Below, one piece after another: positions 23,541 through 24,000 of a DNA stretch of 24,000 nt; position 1 is the stretch's first letter, and every line of letters begins with the position of its first letter. The DNA is from Acholeplasmatales bacterium (GTDB lineage: Bacteria > Bacillota_I > Bacilli_A > Acholeplasmatales > UBA5453): positions 273 to 24,272 of the forward strand of contig JBMNFC010000009.1 of NCBI GenBank assembly GCA_050949105.1, given 5' to 3'. The notes beneath the pieces are model-generated. The model saw only the letters and a list, made by a program, of their open reading frames with translations, was not told the DNA's origin and did not search any database. The translations under genes were made by a program, and so were the position numbers.

Positions 23541-24000
23541 AATTTTAATAGGGATTACTGGAGTGATTGCGAGTGGTAAAAGTTTAGTAACTAATTATTT
23601 AAGCGAATTAGGTTACTATACTATTAGTGCTGATGTAGTTAATCGTGAGTTACTAAATGAAGAAGTTCATATTAGAAATGTTAATTTGTTGCTTTTTAAC
23701 AAAAATAGTAATGAACTTTCTAAAAAGGAAATAAAAGAACTGATTTTTAATAATAGTGATGCTAAATTAAAATTAGAAGGTTATCTTCACCCTTTAATAA
23801 AGAAAAGAATCTTAAAACTTGTTAAAGAAAGTAAAGAAAAGATAATTTTTATTGAAGTACCGTTATTATTTGAGGCTAAATATTTATTTTTTGATAAAAT
23901 AATAACTGTCTATACTCCAAATAATATTACTTTAAAAAGATTAATGACTCGTGATAGAATAACCAAAGAACAAGCTAATAAACTAATTAATTCGCAAATG
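23521..24000 (+). CDS. coaE: dephospho-CoA kinase, 3'-truncated by the window end
   Basis: Hand translation from GTG 23521 gives VKPVKDKILIGITGVIASGKSLVTNYL..., with P-loop GITGVIASGKS, and stays open to the window end. It overlaps the mutM end by 20 nt. It is missing from the track because no stop is reached. Confidence 0.8.
   Translation, partial: MKPVKDKILIGITGVIASGKSLVTNYLSELGYYTISADVVNRELLNEEVHIRNVNLLLFNKNSNELSKKEIKELIFNNSDAKLKLEGYLHPLIKKRILKLVKESKEKIIFIEVPLLFEAKYLFFDKIITVYTPNNITLKRLMTRDRITKEQANKLINSQM

Noticed and set aside
1-24000. Mycoplasma-type genetic code (TGA = Trp), considered as an explanation for the broken ORFs.
   Set aside because: The breaks are frame changes, not in-frame TGA codons. 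Trp is encoded by TGG throughout. Several genes end correctly at TGA (rbgA, ylxM, the NTPase), and very long ORFs contain no in-frame TGA.

Overview
Low-GC (about 30%) bacterial chromosome segment with every gene on the + strand. It uses the standard genetic code: TGA acts as a stop, Trp is TGG, and ORFs of 1,461, 1,164 and 868 aa are uninterrupted. The gene set and extended -10 promoters suggest a Bacillota/Mollicutes-type organism such as Acholeplasma or Erysipelotrichia; this is inference only. Gene order: small hypothetical genes, an FtsK/SpoIIIE-type translocase, signal peptidase I, a Fic enzyme, rbgA, rnhB, topA, a 1,461-aa repeat-rich surface lipoprotein, ftsY-ylxM-ffh, a 1,164-aa YobI/KAP-like P-loop NTPase, then polA-mutM-coaE. 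The main finding is the NTPase at 16502-19996. It is a self-contained, markedly AT-richer single-gene insertion between ffh and polA, with two transmembrane helices inserted between Walker A and Walker B and about 830 aa of uncharacterised helical C-terminus. I treat it as a candidate one-gene conflict/defence module. Other points: the lipoprotein gene carries a roughly 99% identical 450-bp in-frame tandem duplication. Single-nucleotide frameshifts are confined to the first ~5.2 kb (ftsK, lepB, fic and possibly one more gene). Palindromes and DnaA-box-like sites lie in front of polA and the lipoprotein gene. No rRNA, tRNA, CRISPR array, transposase or integrase was seen.
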